A DNA stretch of 64,000 bases from the IMG/VR virus record IMGVR_UViG_3300020577_002429, positions 17,943 to 81,942 of that record. One strand, written 5' to 3'. The notes beneath the pieces are model-generated. The model had not been told where the DNA came from, searched no databases, and saw only the letters and a list, made by a program, of their open reading frames with translations. The translations under genes and the position numbers were made by a program. The stretch is from a virus (taxonomy: Duplodnaviria > Caudoviricetes). Shown here one piece after another: positions 44,917-54,255 of the stretch. Every line of letters starts with the position of its first letter. Position 1 is the stretch's first letter.

Positions 44917-47447
44917 TATGATAACTCCACTACTCTTACATTATGCGATCCGGATGTCGCTATTAAATAAACAGTAACATTTGGTCCCAATTCAAAAGAT
45001 ACGCTTGTGTTCCTGGCCAAAGGAAATCCATTTGACGTAGTAACTCCAGTACTAAATCCATAGTAAAGAATATTTCCAACAGTAGCGCTATTATTATAGA
45101 TAGTTATATTTTTTCTATTTGCTAAATTAGTTCCACTAACATTAATAGCCGTTGCTGTAGTTGATACGGTTACTGCACCGTTTACTGCTGTAGCATTTGA
45201 TATATCAGTTACGGATATAGTATTATTGTATGTGGTTAATTTAGTATCAATACTATTTAAACTAGTATTACCAGTTGATTGTAAGGCACTAGTAGCTGCC
45301 CCTGTAGGTAAAGGTAAAGATATAGCTGAAATAGGCTGAGTTACACCAGAGTTGTCCGTAAGTAATCGAGTAGACGTTACCGTTAAACCTGAAGGTAATT
45401 TTGTATTTATAGCTGCAACAGTAGTTTCAGTTGCTACTCCCGCGATTGTGCCTAAATTTGCGGTCACTGTACCGTTTACCGGTATAGGATTACCTACGTC
45501 ATTAGATATCTCAATGCTAGCATTACTTATAGTAGCTGTTACTGGATTATTTGGACTTAATGTAACAACTAAAGCTTGATCAGCGGCTACTGCTGCCGTT
45601 GAAGGAGCTTTTACGGTAAGATTGGATGGTATTTTACCATTCAAAGTACTTAACGTTGTTTCAGTTGCGGCGCCAGTTGGTAGTGGTAACGATGCTGCCG
45701 AAACCGCTACTGTATTTGTAACAGTAGTTGATGTTAAACTTACCGGTACATCAGTTTGATTAGATGCAAGCGTAACTGGCATTGATGCCGCCATAGTAGT
45801 TTGTCCTAAAGCTGCCGGAATACCAGCATCAATACTAGCTAATGTAGAATTAGTTGTACTTAACTTAGTATCAACAGATGCTAGAGTCGTTTGAGTAGCG
45901 GCTCCTGGAGGTAAAGGTAGAGATACTGCGCTAATAGGCTGGGTAGCTGGGAAGTTAGCGATAGATACAGAACCGCTTACTGGTACCGGATTTCCCACAT
46001 CATTCTTAATTTCTACTTCAGAATTAATTGTGACATTTCCACCAGTGATATTAACATCAACGACATTACTTACCGTTACATCGCTACCAGTAACATCTAC
46101 TAATGATGGGAAGTTATTTACACTGACCGTTTCTAAAGATGCTAAAGTTGACGCATCTAATGCAACCGCCGGTATTTCTTTAATAGCTACATCTAAAGCT
46201 TGTCTATTTGCGTCTACATTAGTGCTAGTTATATCGCCAGCTAGCGTTGTACCTTTAGCTCCACCTCTTACGATAGCCTTTTGACTACCGCTTAATTGAT
46301 TTGTAGCCACTGTTCCTATCGAAGTGTTGATTGTACTCTGTAATGCTGAAGTAGAAGCTCCAGTAGGTAAACTTACTGTACCTGAAACATTACTTACATT
46401 CCATGTTCCAGATTGAGTTACCGCTAGTGAAGCATTTTGTACTGTAACATTTTGATTAGCTGGAAAATTATCAACAGATACTGTTGTATTCTCTAAAGCT
46501 GCCAGTGTTGCTGGATCTAATGCTACAGTAGAACCTGTAACATCAACCTTATCCGTAGAAAACACTAGATCTCTAATATCAAGATTATTTGCTGACACAG
46601 GCTGAGTCGCTGGAAAGTTTGTAACCGATACTGATGATCCAGAGGCGTCAACTTTATCTGTAACAAAAGCTAGATCTCTTATGTCTAGATTTGTTGATGT
46701 AACTGCTATTGATGAATTTAATTTAGTTAATATATCATTTTGAACTATAGTTTGATTTGTTGCTTCAGATAAAATACCAGAAGTGTCAGAACTAATTAAC
46801 GAAGCGTCTCCTGCTATACTAGATAATGAACTATTAGCATTGGTTAATTGCGTAGTTTGACTTTGTTGCTCAGTAAGAGTAGCTGCACCAGTTGGTAGCG
46901 GTAAACTAACAGCTGAAACCGCCACTGTATTACTCACTGTAACAGAAGATCCTGAAGCATCAACTTTGTCGGTAGCGAATACTAAGTCTCTAACATCTAA
47001 GTTAGTAGCAGATACGGTTACCGGACTAGTTAATTTACTATCTATTGAATTTAATACTGTAGTTTGTGTTTGTTGTTCAGTTAGTGTCGCAACGCCAGTA
47101 ACGACGACTGTACCATTTACCGGAATTGGATTACCGGCATCATTTTTAATTTCTACTTCATTTGATACAGTAACTGGGCCTGTGATGTTTACAGTAGCTC
47201 CGCCAATATCAACAGGAACTCTTCCGGACACCGGAGTAACTCCAAAGATATTAGTATCAATTGTTCCATTAGGATTTACCGTCATTAAATCGCCAGCTAC
47301 GTTACCAATCGCAATACTATCATCAGCAGAACTAATGATAATACCAGAAGGTCCTCCTACAGCTGTCGTTTTTAAAGTATCAGTAGTATGGTCGAATACT
47401 TTCCTTATAATATTTTCCATGTTTAACATAGAACCTGGTATTGACAT
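44916..47447 (-). CDS. repetitive fibre/decoration protein
   Basis: Repeats LP(L)PTGAAT, NLD(V/I)RDL.F.TDKVD, EIKND.GNP.PV. Confidence 0.65.
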   Translation of the reverse strand: MSIPGSMLNMENIIRKVFDHTTDTLKTTAVGGPSGIIISSADDSIAIGNVAGDLMTVNPNGTIDTNIFGVTPVSGRVPVDIGGATVNITGPVTVSNEVEIKNDAGNPIPVNGTVVVTGVATLTEQQTQTTVLNSIDSKLTSPVTVSATNLDVRDLVFATDKVDASGSSVTVSNTVAVSAVSLPLPTGAATLTEQQSQTTQLTNANSSLSSIAGDASLISSDTSGILSEATNQTIVQNDILTKLNSSIAVTSTNLDIRDLAFVTDKVDASGSSVSVTNFPATQPVSANNLDIRDLVFSTDKVDVTGSTVALDPATLAALENTTVSVDNFPANQNVTVQNASLAVTQSGTWNVSNVSGTVSLPTGASTSALQSTINTSIGTVATNQLSGSQKAIVRGGAKGTTLAGDITSTNVDANRQALDVAIKEIPAVALDASTLASLETVSVNNFPSLVDVTGSDVTVSNVVDVNITGGNVTINSEVEIKNDVGNPVPVSGSVSIANFPATQPISAVSLPLPPGAATQTTLASVDTKLSTTNSTLASIDAGIPAALGQTTMAASMPVTLASNQTDVPVSLTSTTVTNTVAVSAASLPLPTGAATETTLSTLNGKIPSNLTVKAPSTAAVAADQALVVTLSPNNPVTATISNASIEISNDVGNPIPVNGTVTANLGTIAGVATETTVAAINTKLPSGLTVTSTRLLTDNSGVTQPISAISLPLPTGAATSALQSTGNTSLNSIDTKLTTYNNTISVTDISNATAVNGAVTVSTTATAINVSGTNLANRKNITIYNNSATVGNILYYGFSTGVTTSNGFPLARNTSVSFELGPNVTVYLIATSGSHNVRVVELS

Positions 47448-47458
47448 TTACTTATCTC

Positions 47459-49468
47459 CTATTTATTAAAATTAATATTACCCTGAGTCGCTTGCTGCAT
47501 CTCCGCTTGATCTGGGGACATAAATGAGGCCGGAACTTGCGTCGGTTGAGGTAAATTCATACCTTCAGCACCCAGTGGAGCTTCGCTAACTGGACCTTGC
47601 TCTGGACTTTGACTTACTTGACCCTCTGGCGGCATAGGCGGTTCAGGAGGTGGAGCTGTTTGTTGTAAACTAGGAATACCAAGAATACTAAGTAATCCAG
47701 GGTCTGTGTTTTTCATTAAGTCAACGTGTTCAAGAATATGCTGATAAACTAAATCGGCAACATCACCTTCACGTAAATCTGGATCAGCAATCACAGACTG
47801 ATGTTCTTTAATATGTAAAGCGTGATCATCTAATGCGATAGCTTTAACTGCAACACCCAACATCATCTTCTCATTTTCAGATCTAGATAAGTTAGTGTGT
47901 CTTTGAATCGGATCAATCATCACATCTAAACGTCCTGAAGTAAGAACAGTTAAGTACTCTTCTGGAGTCTTAACTAAACCATACTGCATTAAGTCTGAAG
48001 CAATTTGTAAACGTCCAGCGTGTGTTTGCGATAACGGATTAGCTACTTCTACCGTAATACGATTGATATTAGCTAAATCATCTGATGTAAATTCTTTTTC
48101 AATATAGTTCTTATTAGCAATACCGGCAAGCATTACAATACGAGGAGTATGTGCGAAAGCTTTAAGTAAGTTGATAAGACCGGTTCCAACATCTTCCATT
48201 AATCTAATGTATTGTTGTTGTAAGCCTGACATATATTGAAGTGATGTAGATTGAACCATCGCTAGTGCTGTACCAGAACGAAGGGAAGCTTCGGGATTAC
48301 CTCTTGTTACAGATGATACTCCAGAAATAGTTTCCATTTGCGTTTCTAACGTCTTAGCGAAGTTAAATACTTCAGCTGGTGTATTAGTAAAGTTGATTGG
48401 TTCGGGCTTCTCGTTACCTTCAATAATATTTAATCCACCTTCTAATGATTTAGGTGAGATATCTGATCCGCGTTTAACGAAGATAGATTGAACAGCAAAT
48501 GCTGACTGATTAGAAAGGATAGCTGAGTATGTCGCATTCAAAGCGTCTTGTACTTGCAATAAAGGAAACATTGGAGAGTATCCAAAAGAAGTTCCTAATA
48601 CATCACGAGGAGAAATACGAAATACCGGTAATTCAGGATATGGATTAGCCATGTCTTGTAACACAGTATCTCCATCTAAGAATAGCATGAATCTGCCATC
48701 TGGTAATGCTTCTGTTTTATTATGAATAAACTCATAAACAGCAATGTCATCAGATTTATTGCTATTGAACATATCCATGCCATAGTTGAAATACTCACTA
48801 GCTGGAGTCATTGCTAAAATTTTATCAGCAAGATCTGGATATTTAGCTGCTAAATCATATTTACTTTTGAATGTACGACATAAGACCCAGTCATGTTCAT
48901 CTGGAGTTCTAGTTGTATCAAACATAATGTTGAAAGGAGTAATGTTTTTAAATTCTACATCACCAGCATGAATTGGTGTACCAGTTTCATCATCAACTTC
49001 ATACACTTCACCACGAGTAGCGTTCCACTCCATTTTGATGTAACCGCTACCTAAGATAAGAGCACTTTCTACCGCTTTAGATAAATACTTCTCTAAGTTC
49101 TTATCGCGCATGTAGTACTCAAGTAAGCTACTAGCTAACTTTGACTGGATGATTGATTTATTGTCTGAATTGGTAGCCTTAGCGACAAACGCTGGCTTAT
49201 TAGCCGTAATCATTACGTGCATGTGTTGAGCTATGTTGGCATAGTGATTAATGTCAATATTAGTTAATTCACCTTGTTCGCCGCCAAAAGTGATCTTATG
49301 ACCATCCTGACCTCCAAACATACCATGATATGCTAAATATGAACGCTGGATAATATCGAAGTAGTTATTAGAATATAACCCTTGATACCAGTCATTAGCT
49401 CGTCTTAATAGATCTGCTGCTGCTTTTTGAGAATCTTCAGCGGCAAAATAATTCTGATTATTAGCCAT
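47459..49468 (-). CDS. portal protein (P22/T7-like)
   Basis: 669 aa after TerL; GSGYIKMEWN, ETISGVSSVTRG, SGTALAM; Pro-rich C-tail. Confidence 0.85.
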   Translation of the reverse strand: MANNQNYFAAEDSQKAAADLLRRANDWYQGLYSNNYFDIIQRSYLAYHGMFGGQDGHKITFGGEQGELTNIDINHYANIAQHMHVMITANKPAFVAKATNSDNKSIIQSKLASSLLEYYMRDKNLEKYLSKAVESALILGSGYIKMEWNATRGEVYEVDDETGTPIHAGDVEFKNITPFNIMFDTTRTPDEHDWVLCRTFKSKYDLAAKYPDLADKILAMTPASEYFNYGMDMFNSNKSDDIAVYEFIHNKTEALPDGRFMLFLDGDTVLQDMANPYPELPVFRISPRDVLGTSFGYSPMFPLLQVQDALNATYSAILSNQSAFAVQSIFVKRGSDISPKSLEGGLNIIEGNEKPEPINFTNTPAEVFNFAKTLETQMETISGVSSVTRGNPEASLRSGTALAMVQSTSLQYMSGLQQQYIRLMEDVGTGLINLLKAFAHTPRIVMLAGIANKNYIEKEFTSDDLANINRITVEVANPLSQTHAGRLQIASDLMQYGLVKTPEEYLTVLTSGRLDVMIDPIQRHTNLSRSENEKMMLGVAVKAIALDDHALHIKEHQSVIADPDLREGDVADLVYQHILEHVDLMKNTDPGLLSILGIPSLQQTAPPPEPPMPPEGQVSQSPEQGPVSEAPLGAEGMNLPQPTQVPASFMSPDQAEMQQATQGNINFNK

Positions 49469-49487
49469 ATATTACACTTCCCTATAA

Positions 49488-49500
49488 TAATATATGTTAA
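49488..49500 (-). promoter_or_regulatory. putative late promoter motif (portal)
   Basis: TTAACATATATTA, 19 nt before ATG 49468. Confidence 0.75.
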
Positions 49501-51021
49501 TTAGCGACGTCTACGGCTTCCTAATTTTGGAGTAAAAGCGTCTTTAATGAACGATTCAAAGGGAGTAGACGGTGTATTTGGTTGGTTATTAAGATGATAG
49601 TTAGATGGGCTGTAGTTATCTTTAGGAAAAGGATTACGCTGAAAGTTAACATTACGGCACAAATAAATCAAGCTATCTGCTAGGTCATAATGCCCTTTGT
49701 CTGGACTTCTAGCAAAGGAAGTACGAGCACTATTCCATACAGCACCTTTTAAGTGAGATATTAAAGTCTTACATTTTGGACTGATTATTATCTTACCGGA
49801 CTTTATTAACATGCGCATATTATTTATAGCGGCGTCCTTGTCATCCTTGGCCGTAGCCATAAAGTTAAGACCATGCTTAACAGCCAAATCCTGTAAAAGA
49901 ATGGGATTATTATTATCAGCAACTCGAAGATGAGGCTTAATATTCTCACCAGTATATCTATTAATAAAATTAGCAGACTCTTTCATCTTAACTTCTAATG
50001 CTAGATTATCTGTTAACATTTTAGTACCTGATAACACTAATTCATCTTTAATTACAAGCTTAGCATTTTGGAAATCATAATAAGCAAATAATACAGCAGT
50101 TAAATCTTTAAATCCGATATCCATAGAAACATAAGCGTCGTAGTGAGCTGGTTCAGGCCAGTCTTTTATGCAAGCTTCTTGGATTTCTTTTTTATTAAAC
50201 TCAGGCACTACAGCATCATCATCATCTGTAATAATTTCGCAGAGAAACTCGCGGCGATATGTTGTAGAATTTACACCATCAACATAAGGAGCTAGGATTA
50301 CTTTGTCAATAAACTCTTGCTTAGATGTAAATCCAGAACTAGCTGCTTGGAAATCCATCAAAGGATTTTCATGAATAGTATATTTAACTAACTTCTCTTT
50401 AAATTCATAATCTCTCATGTACTTGATGAAGTCGTGATCATTTGTTTTAGAAGGAGTAGATGCCATGATGATACGTTTCTTACGAATATCACCCTTACCA
50501 CGCGCAATCATAGGGAACATTACAGAATTAACAATGTAGTCAAGCTTCTCACAGAAACCAGCCTCATCAATAATACACAAGTCGGCAGTAGCTCCTCGAA
50601 GTTTCTCGAAGTTACCTTTTTCAACACCGGCTAGATGTATTTCACTACCATTATGTTCAAATACAATTTTATTCTCTTGTACTTTCCATTTAATTTTATC
50701 AGCATACTTCTTAGGACAATCTTCCATAACTTTTTTATAGTTATCCATAACGATAGTCTTAAGATCCTTGGCGGTAGGAGCTGCATATTTTATGATTGTA
50801 TTGGGTTTTTTTAGACAGAACTCAAATGCGATAGTTAGTAGGGCAAATGACTTACCCCAACCACGAGAACAAGCGATGACTCGAATGATATCTTCACCTT
50901 CTTGAATCTTTTGGTACATATCGTTCTGTGATGAATGTAATTTATACGTTAAGTTACCTAAATCCCAAAGCTTAGCAATAGCTTCCGACTTGGTTAGCTT
51001 CTTTGCTGGAGCTTCGGACAT
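49501..51021 (-). CDS. terL: terminase large subunit
   Basis: Walker A SRGWGKS, Walker B IIDEAG, ASTP, nuclease MDIG ... YDLADS. Confidence 0.95.
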   Translation of the reverse strand: MSEAPAKKLTKSEAIAKLWDLGNLTYKLHSSQNDMYQKIQEGEDIIRVIACSRGWGKSFALLTIAFEFCLKKPNTIIKYAAPTAKDLKTIVMDNYKKVMEDCPKKYADKIKWKVQENKIVFEHNGSEIHLAGVEKGNFEKLRGATADLCIIDEAGFCEKLDYIVNSVMFPMIARGKGDIRKKRIIMASTPSKTNDHDFIKYMRDYEFKEKLVKYTIHENPLMDFQAASSGFTSKQEFIDKVILAPYVDGVNSTTYRREFLCEIITDDDDAVVPEFNKKEIQEACIKDWPEPAHYDAYVSMDIGFKDLTAVLFAYYDFQNAKLVIKDELVLSGTKMLTDNLALEVKMKESANFINRYTGENIKPHLRVADNNNPILLQDLAVKHGLNFMATAKDDKDAAINNMRMLIKSGKIIISPKCKTLISHLKGAVWNSARTSFARSPDKGHYDLADSLIYLCRNVNFQRNPFPKDNYSPSNYHLNNQPNTPSTPFESFIKDAFTPKLGSRRRR

Positions 51022-51434
51022 TAGTCACCTCTTGCTGCGGCCAGTAAGTCCACCTCAGAGACATCTCTGATAGTTGTATTATTGTTCTCTGTAGGTTGAG
51101 AACGGATTAATCTTAAATTTTTAATAAGTAAATCTAGTTTCTTAACATCATTGATGTCTAGTTCTCTGGACTGAGAACGCTCTTTTAATATTCTAATCTG
51201 CTCAACGCAGATAAATTCTTCATTGTTGTCATCATTACCTTTAATAAGTAATGGACTACCCATAGACTTGATGATTTCATTAGCATGATCTAATTGTTTT
51301 TGTAACTCATTAGACATGTTGATATACTTTTCAAGAAGTTCTTGTTGTTTATGAACAAACTCATGAATATCAGCAGCTTTTGATTTAGATAGAAATTCTT
51401 TACGAAGTTCTGCAATAGAAATAATATCAGCCAT
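51021..51434 (-). CDS. putative terminase small subunit
   Basis: Helical 137 aa immediately upstream of and coupled to terL. Confidence 0.5.
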   Translation of the reverse strand: MADIISIAELRKEFLSKSKAADIHEFVHKQQELLEKYINMSNELQKQLDHANEIIKSMGSPLLIKGNDDNNEEFICVEQIRILKERSQSRELDINDVKKLDLLIKNLRLIRSQPTENNNTTIRDVSEVDLLAAARGD

Positions 51435-51706
51435 TAGAAATACCTTTGGTTTTCTTTCACTGGAGGCTTGATGCCGCTTTTAATTGATACGTTAGAGATA
51501 ATACTACGCATCTCATTAAGCTCTTGTTTAACTTCTTCAGATAAAGGCTTAACTTCCTTAGATTTGAGAAATACCGAATAAGCATACAGTCCTGTAGTTG
51601 CTAGTCCAAAGATAGCTAAAGCCATAGACGCATCACTAAACATCATGCGTACAGTGACGAGACAAAGAAGCAACATAGGAACATTAGTTTTTTTAATATA
51701 TTCCAT
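51434..51706 (-). CDS. small membrane protein
   Basis: Two hydrophobic segments at the N-terminus. Confidence 0.55.
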   Translation of the reverse strand: MEYIKKTNVPMLLLCLVTVRMMFSDASMALAIFGLATTGLYAYSVFLKSKEVKPLSEEVKQELNEMRSIISNVSIKSGIKPPVKENQRYF

Positions 51707-51790
51707 AATAATTCCTTATATTTAGATAATCCGCGTGGTGTACTGTGTCTATTTTGCTTTATAAGCTGCTTGGTAAAAACCAAAGGTCAC

Positions 51791-51819
51791 TTGACAAAAC
51801 ACTTACTATCTACTAATAT
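51791..51819 (+). promoter_or_regulatory. sigma70-type promoter
   Basis: TTGACA-17 nt-TAATAT; ATG 7 nt downstream. Confidence 0.7.
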
Positions 51820-51826
51820 ATGTTAA
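51814..51826 (-). promoter_or_regulatory. putative late promoter motif (head of late block)
   Basis: TTAACATATATTA overlapping the -10 of the divergent sigma70 promoter. Confidence 0.75.
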
Positions 51827-52048
51827 ATGTATTATTATTCAGTAGGTAGAATTTTTAAAGCAGACGTAAAACTAAACCGCAGCATAATAGCACGTAGTAT
51901 CCTTTTATTACGGAATGTAGAGATACTTCCATATGCTGTTTGGAAAACGTCATATGTAGATAACAATAAAGTACAAATAACATCCAGACAAGCGGCTTGG
52001 TTGATAAAATTATATGGCGGAGATATTTCTATAATGGAGAAGTTATGA
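51827..52048 (+). CDS. hypothetical protein, probably leaderless
   Basis: ORF track; ATG at predicted +1. Confidence 0.6.
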   Translation: MYYYSVGRIFKADVKLNRSIIARSILLLRNVEILPYAVWKTSYVDNNKVQITSRQAAWLIKLYGGDISIMEKL

Positions 52049-52257
52049 TCTACATTTCACACAATAATATATTTAAAGACACTGGATTGCCCCTTAGTTT
52101 CTCTATATCATCCATTGATCTAGAAGGGGGGTATATTCCATTCCCTGTTTACACGGGTTCCCTTATGGAGGAAGCTAAGTCTATCATATCAAACCGTAGT
52201 GTTGCTAAATTATTAAAAATATGTGGACATGATGTAAAATTATTGGAGAAGTTATGA
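52045..52257 (+). CDS. hypothetical protein
   Basis: ATG 52045 with GGAG SD overlapping the upstream stop (track start 51997). Confidence 0.55.
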   Translation: MIYISHNNIFKDTGLPLSFSISSIDLEGGYIPFPVYTGSLMEEAKSIISNRSVAKLLKICGHDVKLLEKL

Positions 52258-52472
52258 AGTATAAAATTTCAATGCGACATTCACGTCTCTGTATATTTAG
52301 ATATGCTCCGTATAAAATAGGTGAAGAACAGTACTATGGTCCTAGGTATTGTACGGAGAATTTAGTGAAGAGTATATGAGGGTATATGAAGAAGGAGTGC
52401 AAGGACTCTATCGAGATTCTGTTTTTATTTCCAATAGAGCTATGTTCAAATTAGCAACACTTAATAATTTCC

Positions 52473-52501
52473 TTGACAAATTGAAAGAAATGTGTTCTAC
52501 T
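52473..52501 (+). promoter_or_regulatory. weak sigma70-type promoter candidate
   Basis: TTGACA-17 nt-TCTACT with TGn. Confidence 0.4.
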
Positions 52502-52535
52502 GACTTGAACCAAAAACAATAACAAAGGAGTTATT

Positions 52536-53378
52536 TTGAAAAAAGGATTTTTCTATTCAGCAATCGCGGTATTACTAGTGACAGGAGTTGCTTTAGGTAT
52601 TCGCACAACATCAACAAAGACGCAACAAACGGCTTCCACTACTTCATCAGAAGTAGTTGCTACTGTTGGCACAGAATCTAGCACAAGTACTACAACTGTG
52701 TACACGCCTCAGTCTGTAGCAACCCTAAAGCAAACAAACTACACCGTAGAGAACATGAAAGTTAGTTCTGATAGTGTTATTTTATTCAACGTGTCGGTAG
52801 TTGAAGAGTCTGTAGAAGCGGCTATTAGCTTAATTCGGGAGACTTCAGGAAACACTGTATATCTAGTATTAGACAGTCCTGGTGGTAGCGTATTAGCTGG
52901 AGCGAGACTATTAGAGTATATTAAGCACTCAGGAAAGAACGTAATTACTGTATGTGATAACTTATGCGCATCAATGGCTTTTCAAATCTTTGAAGCAGGG
53001 TCTCGTCGTCTGATGACTGAGAAAGCTATCCTTATGGCACATCCAGCTTCAGGTGGAGCACAGGGTACTATTGAAAACATGTTCGAGCTTATTAAGATGT
53101 ATAAGTCTTATGTTGATCGTATGGATGCGGAAGTTGCTAAACGCTCAGGAATTGAGTATGGCAAGTTTAAAGCACTAGTAGCTGATAATATCTGGGCAGA
53201 AACTCCAGAGGCTTTAGCATTAGGCTTAGCTGATGGTGTTGTCCACTTAAATATTAAATCATCTATTACATCATTTGGAAATAAAGCACCGTATAATGTT
53301 ATGGATATTTTAAAGAAAACAAATAAATGGAACGATAAAATGTTAGGCGTTCGCGGGTATATTTTCGATATTCGCTAA
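52536..53378 (+). CDS. ClpP-like serine protease with N-terminal signal anchor
   Basis: LDSPGGSV, CASMA (Ser), MAHPASGG (His), DNIW..PEALALGLAD; hydrophobic N-terminus plus Thr/Ser linker. Confidence 0.85.
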   Translation: MKKGFFYSAIAVLLVTGVALGIRTTSTKTQQTASTTSSEVVATVGTESSTSTTTVYTPQSVATLKQTNYTVENMKVSSDSVILFNVSVVEESVEAAISLIRETSGNTVYLVLDSPGGSVLAGARLLEYIKHSGKNVITVCDNLCASMAFQIFEAGSRRLMTEKAILMAHPASGGAQGTIENMFELIKMYKSYVDRMDAEVAKRSGIEYGKFKALVADNIWAETPEALALGLADGVVHLNIKSSITSFGNKAPYNVMDILKKTNKWNDKMLGVRGYIFDIR

Positions 53379-53392
53379 TAAAGAGGAGAAAC

Positions 53393-53665
53393 ATGGACAT
53401 GAGTGAGAGTATTGATAAACTGAAAGAACTTAATGATAAGTTAAATGACATCAATGTGACATTATCATGTCCAGTAGTAAATGAAGATGTTAGGGTGCAA
53501 GCCCTAGCTCTACAGTACGATTTATTTATGGAATTTATTGGAGTATATGAAGATACTCTTAATTATTTAGATAGTATTCCAATTACAGATGAGAATGAAT
53601 TTGAAATATTAAAGACTAAGAAAGAAATTAATAAGTATTGGGGAGAAGCGAGGATGGTTATATGA
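53393..53665 (+). CDS. hypothetical protein
   Basis: ORF track; SD GAGGAG. Confidence 0.65.
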   Translation: MDMSESIDKLKELNDKLNDINVTLSCPVVNEDVRVQALALQYDLFMEFIGVYEDTLNYLDSIPITDENEFEILKTKKEINKYWGEARMVI

Positions 53666-54255
53666 ATATTTATCTTCAAGATGGCGTTGTATCTGTAGGG
53701 GATATCGTTTATGACAATCGTGATGGTGTTAGTGGAATATACAAAGGATTTACATATCCATTTGCTGAACTAGAGCTTGAAAACGGATTTGTTAGATCGG
53801 TTGACTACACGCGGTTACGGAAATACGGCAATACCTTCGATGTTTTATCTATTGCTGATGAAATGCGACCAAAAGAAGAAAAAAGATTACTGACACTACC
53901 AACTGATTCAGCTGAGAGAAAAAATTATCCAATGCTATCAGGACTTCTTAATTACTTTCCAGCAGCTTTAGCTGGAGCAGCAAATACATCAAAGTTAGGT
54001 AATGACAAACATAATCCTGGAGAACCTCTACACCACGCTAGAGGTAAATCTATGGATCATGGGGACTGTATTATTAGACATTTAATGGACACTGAGAACT
54101 TAAAAGCTAGTTTTAAAGCTGGAGAATCTTCTGTGAAACAATCAGATATTTTATTAGAAGCAAACCAATTAGTATGGCGAGCATTAGCATACTCACAACA
54201 ACTGCATGAAGAGTTTGGAGCACCTTTAGCTCCCGCAGCGAAGGAAGAAGTATGA
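53638..54255 (+). CDS. dATP/dGTP diphosphohydrolase-like protein (DUF5664-type)
   Basis: RKNYPMLSGLLNYFPAALAGAA..SKLGNDKHNPG...DCIIRHLMD...WRALA; likely start ATG 53662. Confidence 0.75.
   Translation: MGRSEDGYMNIYLQDGVVSVGDIVYDNRDGVSGIYKGFTYPFAELELENGFVRSVDYTRLRKYGNTFDVLSIADEMRPKEEKRLLTLPTDSAERKNYPMLSGLLNYFPAALAGAANTSKLGNDKHNPGEPLHHARGKSMDHGDCIIRHLMDTENLKASFKAGESSVKQSDILLEANQLVWRALAYSQQLHEEFGAPLAPAAKEEV

Noticed and set aside
18587-47469. Numerous plus-strand ORFs opposite structural genes (e.g. 28138, 34222, 40517, 40818, 46966)
   Set aside because: Shadow ORFs produced by codon bias of the minus-strand genes; no SD or promoter support and low-complexity composition.
53638-54255. 2-aminoadenine (Z) genome
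   Set aside because: No PurZ or DatZ in the window; DUF5664 alone is not diagnostic.
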